64,000 bases of DNA from Gemmatimonadaceae bacterium. GTDB taxonomy: Bacteria; Gemmatimonadota; Gemmatimonadetes; Gemmatimonadales; Gemmatimonadaceae. The position numbers and the translations under genes were made by a program. Shown piece after piece: positions 37,294 to 46,997 of this stretch (position 1 is its first letter; every line of letters begins with the position of its first letter). The DNA lies in the NCBI GenBank assembly GCA_051859245.1, contig JBHYGA010000001.1, positions 288,001 through 352,000 on the forward strand, given 5' to 3'. The notes below the pieces were generated by a model, which saw nothing but the letters and a program-made list of their open reading frames with translations, had not been told where the DNA came from and did no database searches.

Positions 37294-37923
37294 GTGAACG
37301 ACACGATGCAGCAGGCACTCGCGAACGTGGATGCAGTTCGTGACTTGCTCGAACGCGAGCGACTTGCGGTCGCTGACGCGCTCATGGCCGCAACGGAGGC
37401 GCGTCGCGACGCCGAGCGAAACGGAGCCCGCATCGCTGACGAGTATTTTGAAGAGCGTCGGGCGCAGCTGATTGCGCATACGCGCTATGAACTGATTTTG
37501 TCACTGGCGGTCAAGCATTTGTCGGCCGGCGTGTCAGAGAGCGAAGTGGCGCGGTGGCTCGATGCCGATAGTGAAGTGATGCGTCGCGCGAACGCGCTGG
37601 TGGCGCGTCGTGAAATCGAGCGTGTCGCGCCTGAAGGACCGCACAACGCGACGCTGCAGTTTGTGAGTAAAGGCCGAGGTGGCACGGTCGTCTATGCGGA
37701 TGATCGCACCACTTTCAATATGTGGTGGGAGTTCGCGCTCGAGCCCGCGGTCGCCATTATCGGCATTGCGAATCGCGCGGCGTGGGAGCAAACAACCGGG
37801 ATCTCACTCGAAGAGCGCGATGCAACGCTGAACTGGATTGCCGCCCGTGCGCTGCACGATCAGGTGCCGAGTGGAGGGGCGTTCCGCGTGGACGAAAATC
37901 ACATCACCCTGTACGGCGCATGA
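37294..37923 (+). CDS. Hypothetical protein
   Basis: GAGGA RBS before GTG 37294; C-terminal GRGGTVVY...WWEF...WEQTTG domain. Confidence 0.7.
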   Translation: MNDTMQQALANVDAVRDLLERERLAVADALMAATEARRDAERNGARIADEYFEERRAQLIAHTRYELILSLAVKHLSAGVSESEVARWLDADSEVMRRANALVARREIERVAPEGPHNATLQFVSKGRGGTVVYADDRTTFNMWWEFALEPAVAIIGIANRAAWEQTTGISLEERDATLNWIAARALHDQVPSGGAFRVDENHITLYGA

Positions 37924-38034
37924 AGTCGCTGAGCAGTCGCGGCTATCCGGCATCACGGCGGAGCTTCTGGACAGGACCGGCGGACGGCTGCAAGGTATAG
38001 CACCTCATAATCCTGCTCTCACCGGAGGTGTCCC

Positions 38035-39057
38035 GTGGGGATCGTTCGCAAGGTGGCCATCGGCGTGGGTGGTTTGCTCGGTCTGCTCGTGGTGCTTGGC
38101 GGCGGTGCGTATGTCTGGGCGTCCAGCGCGACGCGCGCCAAGCTTGAAACGGTACGCGAAGTGCATCGCGTCGATTTCCCGATTCCGTTTCCGCTCTCCG
38201 ATGAGGAAGTGGCAGCGCTCGGTGCCGAACGACTCGCCAACGGTATTGTCGCCCAAGGTGACGACCCGATTGAAGGTCTCGATGTAGACGCGATCGCCAC
38301 CGAACGCGCAGTGTCGCGCGGCAAGCATTTGGTCAGCACGTTCTACGCGTGCGTCGAATGCCACGGCGACAACTTTGGCGGCGGCGTGATGGTTGACGAT
38401 CCCGCGATCGGACAACTGCTCGGACCCAACCTCACCCTCGGCTCAGGGTCGCGCACGCTGGAGTACACCGCGGCCGATTGGGATCGCATTGTGCGTCACG
38501 GTGTCAAACCGAATGGTGCGGGCTCACCAATGCCGTCGGTTGATTTTTTCAGTATGTCAGATCGCGAACTGTCCGACATTGTCACTTACATTCGTTCGCT
38601 TCCGCCCGTGAACCGGGACGTTGCGCCAGTGACGATAGGCCCCGTGGGCAAGATGCTTGTGGCAACAGGCCAGCTAAAACTGTCGGCGGACCATCATCCG
38701 ACAGCGCACAAGATCGAACACGCGCCGCTACCGCCGAACGCCGTGGCCGATGCAACATTCGGCAAACATCTCGCGCAAACGTGCAGCGGGTGTCACGGCC
38801 CGAACTTTGCGGGCGGTCCGATCATTGGCGGCCCGCCGGATTGGCCGCCAGCGGCGAATCTCACACCGGCAGGGCTGGTTGACTGGTCGTACGACGATTT
38901 CCTGCGTGCCATGAAAGAGGGCAAGCGCAAGAACGGCGTCGCGTTGCGTGAACCGATGTCCAACATCACGAAGTTCTCGCCCAACATGACCGAGATCGAG
39001 CTGCAAGCACTGTGGGCGTTCTTCAAGAGCTTGCCGCCACAACCAACGAGCAAGTGA
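38035..39057 (+). CDS. Membrane-anchored diheme cytochrome c
   Basis: GGAGG RBS; N-terminal TM; CVECH and CSGCH heme motifs, each followed by NLT. Confidence 0.9.
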   Translation: MGIVRKVAIGVGGLLGLLVVLGGGAYVWASSATRAKLETVREVHRVDFPIPFPLSDEEVAALGAERLANGIVAQGDDPIEGLDVDAIATERAVSRGKHLVSTFYACVECHGDNFGGGVMVDDPAIGQLLGPNLTLGSGSRTLEYTAADWDRIVRHGVKPNGAGSPMPSVDFFSMSDRELSDIVTYIRSLPPVNRDVAPVTIGPVGKMLVATGQLKLSADHHPTAHKIEHAPLPPNAVADATFGKHLAQTCSGCHGPNFAGGPIIGGPPDWPPAANLTPAGLVDWSYDDFLRAMKEGKRKNGVALREPMSNITKFSPNMTEIELQALWAFFKSLPPQPTSK

Positions 39058-39058
39058 G

Positions 39059-39679
39059 TCACACGCCTTGAGCCCGCGAGGCTTCCAGCCGAGTATGCGG
39101 GTCAAGCAACGACACAAACCAACGCACTCCAATCGCGGTGCCGAGCAGTAGCAGACCTGTGCCCGCGTGCACCTGATCGCTCTCGAGGTAACTCGTGCAC
39201 AGGCGCGCAGGTGCGTCGCGTAACAGCAGACCGGTCACCGCGGCCATCCACGTCATGTTGCCGAGCACAAAGGCGTGCGTGACCGCGCTGGCGGCGCGCC
39301 AGGCATACCGAAGCAGTGCACCGGCGAGCAGCAATGACATCACCTTGAATACGTCAGCGATGCGCTGCGTAGCCGCAAGATCGAGGGCGCGCGGAACCAT
39401 CCACGTGGTCACAATGCTCGCTGACAGCAGCAGACCGGCTACGCCATTCGGGTCTACGCCGCGCACGAGGTGTGCCCATGGCCGGCTGACTTGGCCTGTC
39501 GCCGAGCGCCGGGGAGCACAAAGCATGGCGCCGGCAACAACCAGCAGCGGAATCTGCACCAGCATGTGCAATGACATGCGGGACTCAAGCGCGCGTGACA
39601 CTGGCGGCAGCAACAGCGCTACGGTGAGCGCGCCGCCGGCCCAACGTGAATGCACGCTCACGGAGCTGGCGCCTCCCAT
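39059..39679 (-). CDS. Multi-TM protein, probable oxidase assembly factor (caa3-type CtaG-like)
   Basis: HMLVQIPLL motif; last gene of the oxidase operon. Confidence 0.55.
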   Translation of the reverse strand: MGGASSVSVHSRWAGGALTVALLLPPVSRALESRMSLHMLVQIPLLVVAGAMLCAPRRSATGQVSRPWAHLVRGVDPNGVAGLLLSASIVTTWMVPRALDLAATQRIADVFKVMSLLLAGALLRYAWRAASAVTHAFVLGNMTWMAAVTGLLLRDAPARLCTSYLESDQVHAGTGLLLLGTAIGVRWFVSLLDPHTRLEASRAQGV

Positions 39680-40317
39680 GCTTGCACCGCGGCCGCCAGC
39701 GCCTGATCAGGCGCGCTGATATCGACGATGCGTACAAGCTCACCGGCAGGATTCACCACGTGCAGCGCAGCATTGTGCACCCATTCACCGAGACCGTTGG
39801 GAATCACCTGCACGCCAAAGGTGTTGAGTAACGCATTGAGATCCGGCGTGCGAAGCGGCGTGGCCAGTGTCCAGATCGTTGGGTCAGCGCGCATCACGCG
39901 TCCGTGCATGGCGAGATGTGCCGGGTCGTCAAACGCCACATCAAACGAAATCGTCAGCAGACGCACACGGTCTTGCAGTCCGCGCTCGATGATCTGTTTC
40001 TGCAACTGCTGATAGGTACCACCGAGCGCGCTGCAGACCGTGATGCAACGCGTGTACACGAAATCCACGATCACCGCACGCGGGCGTGAAGGGCCGCGCA
40101 TTGAATCGCGCGCCTGATACAAATCGTCGAGGATGTTGTGCGTAGCGCCCGCGAAATCTCGCACATGAACGTCTGGTACAGCGCGCGGTGCCTCGCGCAC
40201 GGCCCGCGCCCGCGCGGCATCGGTCGTCAGCACGGCGAATCCCTCGGTGGCCCAGGCCAACAGCGACACGGACGCCGCGAGCGAACACACGAGTCCCACC
40301 GCGCTCTTCACGTTCAC
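39658..40317 (-). CDS. SCO1/SenC-family copper chaperone
   Basis: YTRCITVC (CxxxC), ISFD and distal His (WVHN); GTG start inferred from GTGA overlap. Confidence 0.88.
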   Translation of the reverse strand: MNVKSAVGLVCSLAASVSLLAWATEGFAVLTTDAARARAVREAPRAVPDVHVRDFAGATHNILDDLYQARDSMRGPSRPRAVIVDFVYTRCITVCSALGGTYQQLQKQIIERGLQDRVRLLTISFDVAFDDPAHLAMHGRVMRADPTIWTLATPLRTPDLNALLNTFGVQVIPNGLGEWVHNAALHVVNPAGELVRIVDISAPDQALAAAVQAWEAPAP

Positions 40318-40895
40318 GGCACTGATGCCAGCTCGGCGCCACCGTTCCACGATGTGGTGCGGTCAGCGGTTCGCACACGCTCCGTTGCCACGAGGTCAGG
40401 CAACACGACGGTGGCCGCATTGCCCCAGCTTGATCGGATGTAGGTCGCGATCGCCGCGATTTCTTCATCGCTCAGCGATTTCCAGGCCGGCATGAGTCCG
40501 TTGTACGTGACACCGTTCACGTCCATCGATCCCTGGATACCGTGCAACAGAATCTGAACGAGTCGCGTGTCAGATCCTGTGACCCACTCCGATGCGACGA
40601 GCGGTGGAAATACACCCGCCACGCCTTGTCCTGTTGCCTGATGACATCCCGCGCACTTGCCGGTGAAGAGCTGCGCGCCGTCTGCCGCACCCGCAGGCGC
40701 CGCGGCCAGTGCCGCGAGTGTGCGGCCGTCGCCAAGATTGGGATTGCCGCGCGCACTCGGACCGATGATGTACACGACACCCCACACGACCATCGCGGCG
40801 ACAAACACACCGAACAACCACGGCAATGGTCGGTTCGATTCGTCCGGGTCGTCATACTCACGTTGACGCGGTTGCTTGCGGGAACGATCGGTCAT
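40314..40895 (-). CDS. Membrane-anchored monoheme cytochrome c (CcoP-like position)
   Basis: EYDDPDESNRPLPW N-terminus, TM, CAGCH, axial Met in LMPAW. Confidence 0.88.
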   Translation of the reverse strand: MTDRSRKQPRQREYDDPDESNRPLPWLFGVFVAAMVVWGVVYIIGPSARGNPNLGDGRTLAALAAAPAGAADGAQLFTGKCAGCHQATGQGVAGVFPPLVASEWVTGSDTRLVQILLHGIQGSMDVNGVTYNGLMPAWKSLSDEEIAAIATYIRSSWGNAATVVLPDLVATERVRTADRTTSWNGGAELASVP

Positions 40896-41500
40896 GGTAC
40901 GTCTCCTGTTTTCACGACCGGATACGTGCGGTCGAGCGAGAGCAGGTACGCGGTGAGATCGAGCGCCTCCTGTGTGGCCACAATACGTTCACCGCTGACC
41001 ACATAACCGGGTGGTAGCGAAACAATCACCTCGCCCGGTTGTGGCGCACCGCGCCGGCGTTCGAAGAGGAACGGATACGCCGGCATGATCGACCCGGGCG
41101 AATACGCACGCGGTTGGTAGAGATGACCGAGATGCCAATCACGGCTCGGCTGTCGCACCGCAATGTTGAACAAATCCGGACCGGTACGCATGGTGCCAAG
41201 CAGATGAGGTTTGTCGTACACGTAATCGGCCGGCACCGACGGGCGCCCCCAACCGCGTGCAACATCTGGCGCCACACTTGGATCGCGCGGCTGTTGCGAG
41301 TGACAATAAATGCAGCCGTGCGCAATGTACGATTGACGACCGCGCAACTGCTGCTCGGTGTATGGCGTGAGTCCTTCTGGGGGTGCGATATCGCTGAGCG
41401 CCACGTACGGCATGAGCACGAGCGCGCCGGTGGCAAACGCCATGATCGCGATTGCGCCCGCCGCGAGTTTGAAGACACTCACTTCGCCGTGACGTGTCAT
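40892..41500 (-). CDS. ccoO: cbb3-type cytochrome c oxidase subunit II
   Basis: GCIYCHSQQPR, GTMRTGPDL and SIMPAY motifs. Confidence 0.9.
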   Translation of the reverse strand: MTRHGEVSVFKLAAGAIAIMAFATGALVLMPYVALSDIAPPEGLTPYTEQQLRGRQSYIAHGCIYCHSQQPRDPSVAPDVARGWGRPSVPADYVYDKPHLLGTMRTGPDLFNIAVRQPSRDWHLGHLYQPRAYSPGSIMPAYPFLFERRRGAPQPGEVIVSLPPGYVVSGERIVATQEALDLTAYLLSLDRTYPVVKTGDVP

Positions 41501-43185
41501 GATGCAGCAACTCCGGTGGGATTCAATGTTGGGCTCGTGCGTGGCGTGGGCGTTGGTCGTCTGAGCAGTGCCGCGCCTTCGCGCCGTTTACCACGCCGAA
41601 GCAGCATCACGCCAAAGTGCGCCGCGAATACCAGATGCCCAAGCGTCATGAGTGTTCCACCCACTGTGCGGGACACCAGGTACGGTGCGGTGACGGTGAC
41701 GGAATCCATGAACGGACGCGCCGCGTCGAGCATGCGCATGCCTTGCAACCAACCGCCAATGCTGAGTCCGGTGAAGTACACGGCGAATCCACCCAGCACG
41801 AGCCAGAAATGCAGCGAGATCAGCCGGCTGTATGGCCATTCCCAATCCATAACCCGCGGCATTACGAAATACATGGAACCGAACATCACGAGCGAGAAGA
41901 ATCCGTACAGTCCCAGATGCGCGTGCGCCACCGTGAAGTGCGTGAAGTGTGTGGTGGTGTTCACGATGCGTAGCGATTGCAGACTGCCTTGCACCGACGC
42001 CAACGTGTACATCATGCCGCCGAGCACGATAAAGCGAAGCGTTGGCGAATAGCGTAACGCCGAGAGGTGCCCGTGCGCTGTTCGGTGCTGATTCACACCC
42101 ACAGCCACCACAGGCACGATCATCATCATGCTCTGCACAATGGACAGCGTGATAAGCCAGTTCGGCACTGGTCCACCTATCAGGTGATGACCGCCAACCT
42201 GACTGTAAAAAAACGCCAACGTCCAGAAGCCAACCAGCGATAGATGGTATGAATGAATTGGCTTGCCGAGAACTTTCGGCAGAAAGTAGTAAATCGCGGC
42301 CAGGCCAAGTGGTGTGAACCACAGGCCGAGCACATTATGCCCGAACCACCAGTTCATGGCCGCTTGCTGCTCGCCAAAATGAATGCCGGGCCACTTCGCC
42401 ACGATCAACAGCGCCGGTAACCAGATCAGACCGGCGCTGATGTACCACACCGACACATACAGATGCGGCACCTTGCGGTGTTGGAGCGTGCGCAACAGCG
42501 CTACGCCAACCAGCGTGCCGCCAAGAAAGAGTGGTATGTCCACCTGCCAGGGAAACTCGAGCCATTCCAAACCGGCGCTCTTTCCCATCAGAATCGCGGC
42601 GATGCCGCCGGTCACACCCAGCGTCCACAGCAGCACGCCAGCCGCAGCGGTTCGGCTGCCAACGAGCGGTGTGCGCAACAACCGCGGATACAGCCAGATC
42701 GCGATGCCGAGACCGGCCAGCGAACACCAGCCGTACGCCACCGCATTGAGATGCGCCGGTCTGATGCGTCCAAAACTCAGCCACGCCTCTTCAACAAGCC
42801 AGTCGGGAGCGTGCAGTTTGATGGACGCCACCAGTCCAAACACCGATGCAATCACGAGCCAGAGTACTGCACCGGTGAGCGCGATCAGCACGGGCAGCTT
42901 GCTCGACGCGTCGAGCATCGCGCGCTCGTCGGCTTCTTCGGGCGTGAGCACGGCAAACTCGCCAGTGTGCCCGGTGCGATTCATCACCCCCTGCAATTCG
43001 TCTTCTCGAGCGGCGGTACCTGCCGCAGGCTCCTCCACCAATCCGATCTCTTTCGACGCGAAGATCACGCGGCCCGCGGCTTCACCCGTACCAAAGAGAC
43101 CGCGTGACATCGACCACAGAAAGAGCGCGAGCGCCGCGACGGATCCCAGAAACGTGACGAGCAACAATCCCGCCGAGAACGACAT
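41497..43185 (-). CDS. ccoN: cbb3-type (C-family) heme-copper oxidase subunit I with N-terminal extension
   Basis: RIRPAHLN, WWFGHN, YSQVGGHH and AHAH ligands; alternative start at 43251. Confidence 0.9.
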   Translation of the reverse strand: MSFSAGLLLVTFLGSVAALALFLWSMSRGLFGTGEAAGRVIFASKEIGLVEEPAAGTAAREDELQGVMNRTGHTGEFAVLTPEEADERAMLDASSKLPVLIALTGAVLWLVIASVFGLVASIKLHAPDWLVEEAWLSFGRIRPAHLNAVAYGWCSLAGLGIAIWLYPRLLRTPLVGSRTAAAGVLLWTLGVTGGIAAILMGKSAGLEWLEFPWQVDIPLFLGGTLVGVALLRTLQHRKVPHLYVSVWYISAGLIWLPALLIVAKWPGIHFGEQQAAMNWWFGHNVLGLWFTPLGLAAIYYFLPKVLGKPIHSYHLSLVGFWTLAFFYSQVGGHHLIGGPVPNWLITLSIVQSMMMIVPVVAVGVNQHRTAHGHLSALRYSPTLRFIVLGGMMYTLASVQGSLQSLRIVNTTTHFTHFTVAHAHLGLYGFFSLVMFGSMYFVMPRVMDWEWPYSRLISLHFWLVLGGFAVYFTGLSIGGWLQGMRMLDAARPFMDSVTVTAPYLVSRTVGGTLMTLGHLVFAAHFGVMLLRRGKRREGAALLRRPTPTPRTSPTLNPTGVAAS

Positions 43186-43479
43186 GCCTTCAACTCCGGT
43201 GCAGACGTAGATGCGCGAATCAGGCGCGGCCGCTGCGTGAACTGGCAGCATGCAATCGCCTCTCCCTCACTAAAGCCGTCTGTACCGCGGGCTGTGCCCG
43301 AGCCCGGAGCAGCGACGCACGCGTTTCGTATCGGCTCCGCAACAAGCGCAGCTCTTGCCCTTGGCGCCAGGCGCTACCGACGGAACATTAGGGAACTCAT
43401 TCACTATGTCGCACGCCGCGTCTGAATGTGACCAGGGCCGCGAGCGGCATGGAACGTTCTCCCTCTCTCTGCATTGATC

Positions 43480-45018
43480 ATGGATCGCCGCGATTTTCTC
43501 GTTGACCTGAGCCGCGCGGCCGCCGTATGCGCGGTGGCCCCCGACGCGTGGCGCCTGCTTCAGCGTCCGCGCATTGCCGACGATCCGTTCACGCTCGGCG
43601 TCGCGTCGGGCGATCCGTTGCCTGATGGTGGCATTCTGTGGACGCGATTGGCGCCGCGCCCGTTCGAACCGGACGCAGGCATGAATGGCGACCGGACCAC
43701 GGTGCGCTGGGAAGTCGCAAGCGACGACGGGTTTCGCAATGTGGTCGCGCGCGGATCGAGCATCGCGTCCTTCGAGCTCGGGTACAGTGTACACGTGGAC
43801 GTGCGCGGACTCTCACCCGATCGCTGGTACTGGTATCGCTTCAATGTGGGTGACGCAGTGTCTCCGGTTGGTCGACTGCGCACCGCGCCGGTGAACGACG
43901 CGGTCGCACCACTCGCGCTGGCGTTTGCGTCGTGTCAGCACTGGGAGCAAGGGTACTTCACGGCGCACGGACATCTCGCGCGCGAGAACCCGGATCTGGT
44001 GGCGTTCCTCGGCGACTACATCTACGAGTATGCGGGAACGGATCGAGTGCGCAAGCATCACGGTCTCGAAATCCGCACCATCGATGACTACCGCCGTCGT
44101 TACGCGCAGTACAAAACTGATCCGGATTTGCAGCTCGCGCACGCGGCGTGCCCATGGCTCGTCGTGTGGGACGATCACGAAGTGGACAACAACTACGCCG
44201 ATCTCATGGGCGAGAATCGCATGGAATCGGAAGAGCAGATGCGCACGCGACGTGCGGCGGCGTATCAGGCGTGGTACGAAAATCAGCCAGTGCGCCTACC
44301 GCGCGCACGTTCGTGGGCGGACCTCGACATTACGCGTCGGATCCGCTGGGGACGCACCGCCGATTTCTGGATGCTCGACACGCGACAGTATCGCAGTGAT
44401 CAGGCGTGCAACGATGGCACGAAACTCACACCGTGCGGCGAATGGGCCGAGCCATCCCGCACGTTGCTCGGCGAGAAGCAAGAGCGCTGGTTGCTCGACG
44501 GTGTCGCGTCTGGTGAGGCGAGGTGGCAGGTGCTGGCGCAACAGATCATGGTGGCACCGTTCGACAGTGCACCAGGTGCTGACACCACGGTGAGCATGGA
44601 TCAGTGGAGTGGTTATCCGGTGGCGCGTGATCGGCTGCTGGCGGGCCTTGCGGAACGCGCACCGAATCGCACCGTTGTGCTTACCGGTGACATTCATTCA
44701 AACTGGGTGAACCAGTTGCACGCTGGTTATGATCGTCCAGACAAGCCCGTGATTGGTGCGGAGTTTGTGACCACAAGCATTTCTTCGGGCGGCAATGGTT
44801 CGCCAACGCTGCCGGAACAGGCGCAGCGTGCGCTCGCGGAATCTCCGCACATCAAATGGCACAATCGGCAACGCGGGTATGTGTCGTGCAAGATCACGGC
44901 GGATCGGTGGGAAGCGGACTATCGTGTTGTGCCAAATGTCACGGAGCAAGGCGCGGCAGTGGAAACGCCTACGCGCTGGGTGGTAGAGAACGGCAAAGCG
45001 GGGGTCGTGCGGCAATAG
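43480..45018 (+). CDS. phoD: Alkaline phosphatase D family protein (Tat-exported)
   Basis: MDRRDFL; FTLGVASGDP, ASCQ, LGDYIYE, WDDHEVDNN, LDTRQYR and GDIH motifs. Confidence 0.95.
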   Translation: MDRRDFLVDLSRAAAVCAVAPDAWRLLQRPRIADDPFTLGVASGDPLPDGGILWTRLAPRPFEPDAGMNGDRTTVRWEVASDDGFRNVVARGSSIASFELGYSVHVDVRGLSPDRWYWYRFNVGDAVSPVGRLRTAPVNDAVAPLALAFASCQHWEQGYFTAHGHLARENPDLVAFLGDYIYEYAGTDRVRKHHGLEIRTIDDYRRRYAQYKTDPDLQLAHAACPWLVVWDDHEVDNNYADLMGENRMESEEQMRTRRAAAYQAWYENQPVRLPRARSWADLDITRRIRWGRTADFWMLDTRQYRSDQACNDGTKLTPCGEWAEPSRTLLGEKQERWLLDGVASGEARWQVLAQQIMVAPFDSAPGADTTVSMDQWSGYPVARDRLLAGLAERAPNRTVVLTGDIHSNWVNQLHAGYDRPDKPVIGAEFVTTSISSGGNGSPTLPEQAQRALAESPHIKWHNRQRGYVSCKITADRWEADYRVVPNVTEQGAAVETPTRWVVENGKAGVVRQ

Positions 45019-45103
45019 GCTCGACACACTCGGTGTTATGGTGTAGCTACGAGTTGTTGCGCGCCTCGCGCGAGCGTGTCTCACCTTACCAACGAGATTG
45101 CGA

Positions 45104-46165
45104 ATGGCTGGAGCCATGATTTCTCCCTTCGGCAGGCTCCTGTTTCTGTGTGCGAGCGGGGTGGCGGTCCTCGCCGGCATGCGCGTAGCCGCGCCGGTAA
45201 TCGGGCCCGTGCTGATTGCGTTGCTGATGACAATTGCCTGGAGTCCGGCATCGCTGTGGCTCCGCAAACGAGGATGGCCACCTACGCTTGCGGCCCTTAC
45301 CGGCATTTTGCTCGGCGTGGTGTTCATCGCGTTGATGGTGCTGCTCGTCTGGTCGTCGGCGCTGCAACTGCAGGAGAATCTTCCCGAGTATCAGGATCGC
45401 GTTGGCGCGCTGCGCGAAAGTGTGACGGCATTGCTGGCGCGATTGCCCTTTGATACCTCGCGCATTCTCTCCACGGAGTCGCTGCAGCCCGGTGCGATTG
45501 TGGGGCGCGCGCTGCAGCTGGTTGGCGGCATTACCAGCACGGCGGGTGGCTTCAGCCTGCTCATCCTCATCATGGCGTTCATGATGATCGAATCGATGCG
45601 GTATCCGCAAAAGCTCTTCGATGCGACGGAAGCGTCAGCGGACGCCAACGATGCGGAGTCAACCGCAGGTCAGGTCGATCGGTTCGTAAAGAGCATGCGC
45701 AGTTACATCGTGCTGAATACCGTGTTCGGTCTCATTGCGGCTGTGGCCAATACGCTGTTGCTTTTCGCGCTCGGTGTTGACTTTGCGCTGTTGTGGGGTG
45801 TGTTGTCGTTCCTGCTGAGTTTTCTGCCAAACATTGGCTTTGTGTTGGCGCTGGTGCCACCCGCGTTGCTTGCGCTGTTGCAGTTCGGCGTTGCCAAAGC
45901 GCTGATGGTGTTCGCGGGATTCATCGTGATCAACACGATCGTGGACAATGTGATCAAACCGCGATTTGTGGGTGAGTCACTCGATTTGTCGCCGGCGGTC
46001 GTGGTGCTGTCGTTGGTGTTCTGGGGCTGGTTGCTGGGGCCCGTGGGTGCGTTGCTGGCCGTGCCGCTTTCGATCGCCGTCAAGTTTCTCTTTGAATCGT
46101 TCGATGAGGCTCGCTGGCTTGCGCACCTGATGAGCGACAGCGATGCAGTCAAGGAATCCCGATAG
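45104..46165 (+). CDS. AI-2E (PerM/TqsA) family transporter
   Basis: LSFLPNIG, DNVIKPRFVG and LLAVPL motifs; start could be 45116. Confidence 0.9.
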   Translation: MAGAMISPFGRLLFLCASGVAVLAGMRVAAPVIGPVLIALLMTIAWSPASLWLRKRGWPPTLAALTGILLGVVFIALMVLLVWSSALQLQENLPEYQDRVGALRESVTALLARLPFDTSRILSTESLQPGAIVGRALQLVGGITSTAGGFSLLILIMAFMMIESMRYPQKLFDATEASADANDAESTAGQVDRFVKSMRSYIVLNTVFGLIAAVANTLLLFALGVDFALLWGVLSFLLSFLPNIGFVLALVPPALLALLQFGVAKALMVFAGFIVINTIVDNVIKPRFVGESLDLSPAVVVLSLVFWGWLLGPVGALLAVPLSIAVKFLFESFDEARWLAHLMSDSDAVKESR

Positions 46166-46203
46166 TTATTGCGGGCCCGGCATCGGCACCTGAACCACGA
46201 AAC

Positions 46204-46806
46204 TCACCTCGTTGTGGAGAGGTCGCGCTGCACGCGACACGGTTGCCCCAATGCAAGGCAACCGGCGGGAATGTCGAAGGTGACGATGCTTCCCGCGCCG
46301 ATCACGGCATTGGCGCCGATCGTGACACCAGGCAGCACGATGGTTCCGGCGCCAAGCCACGCACCGTCACCAATCACAATGGGCCGCGCGAAATTCCGGT
46401 AGGTCGATTGTCCCTCACGTCGCTCCGCGACCGGAACGATACGCTCTGCAGCTGAGAGCGGATGCGATACGGTCAGGAGTTGCACGCCTGGCCCGATGAG
46501 TACGTCGCGGCCGATGCGAATTGGCGCCGCATCGAGGAATACACAGTTCACATTGACGAACGAATCTCTGCCGATGCTGATGAACGGCCCGTAGTCGCAG
46601 AAAAACGGAGGCTCGATCCACACGCCTTCGCCTGCATCGCCGAATAGTTCACGGAGCAACGCAGCGCGCGCCGCGACATCCGTACTGGCAAGCGACGAAA
46701 AACGGGCCAGGAGCGCACGTGCGCGGTGCGCGAGCCCAAGCAGCTCTGGATCGCGCGAGTCGTACAGCTCGCCGGAAGTCATGCGCGCACGCTGTGAATC
46801 GGACAC
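46204..46806 (-). CDS. Maltose/galactoside O-acetyltransferase-family protein
   Basis: IEPPFFCDYG and hexapeptide repeats (GVTIGANAVIGAGSIVT); start inferred. Confidence 0.9.
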   Translation of the reverse strand: MSDSQRARMTSGELYDSRDPELLGLAHRARALLARFSSLASTDVAARAALLRELFGDAGEGVWIEPPFFCDYGPFISIGRDSFVNVNCVFLDAAPIRIGRDVLIGPGVQLLTVSHPLSAAERIVPVAERREGQSTYRNFARPIVIGDGAWLGAGTIVLPGVTIGANAVIGAGSIVTFDIPAGCLALGQPCRVQRDLSTTR

Positions 46807-46997
46807 GAGAGGTTCACCCGTTCTGATGATAACGTCGCTCACAAGGCAACGCGTCTCTGTGCGCTCGGTTGACGACAGACCGCCAACAACAAAAGCGCAC
46901 GTGTTGTTCGCGGAAAGATATCGCCGCACCGGCGACCATTCGTACAGATGCGTCGTGAAGCCCTCACGCGCCAGCGGGTGCCGCGATAGCTTCGAAG

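Noticed and set aside
41497..43185. Subunit I as a nitric oxide reductase
   Set aside because: It keeps the C-family cross-linking Tyr before the HH pair and has a ccoO partner and a SCO copper chaperone
43186..43479. Riboswitch, sRNA or FNR/CRP box upstream of ccoN and phoD
   Set aside because: No recognisable aptamer and no complete TTGAT-N4-ATCAA or TGTGA-N6-TCACA site; an Infernal/Rfam scan would be needed
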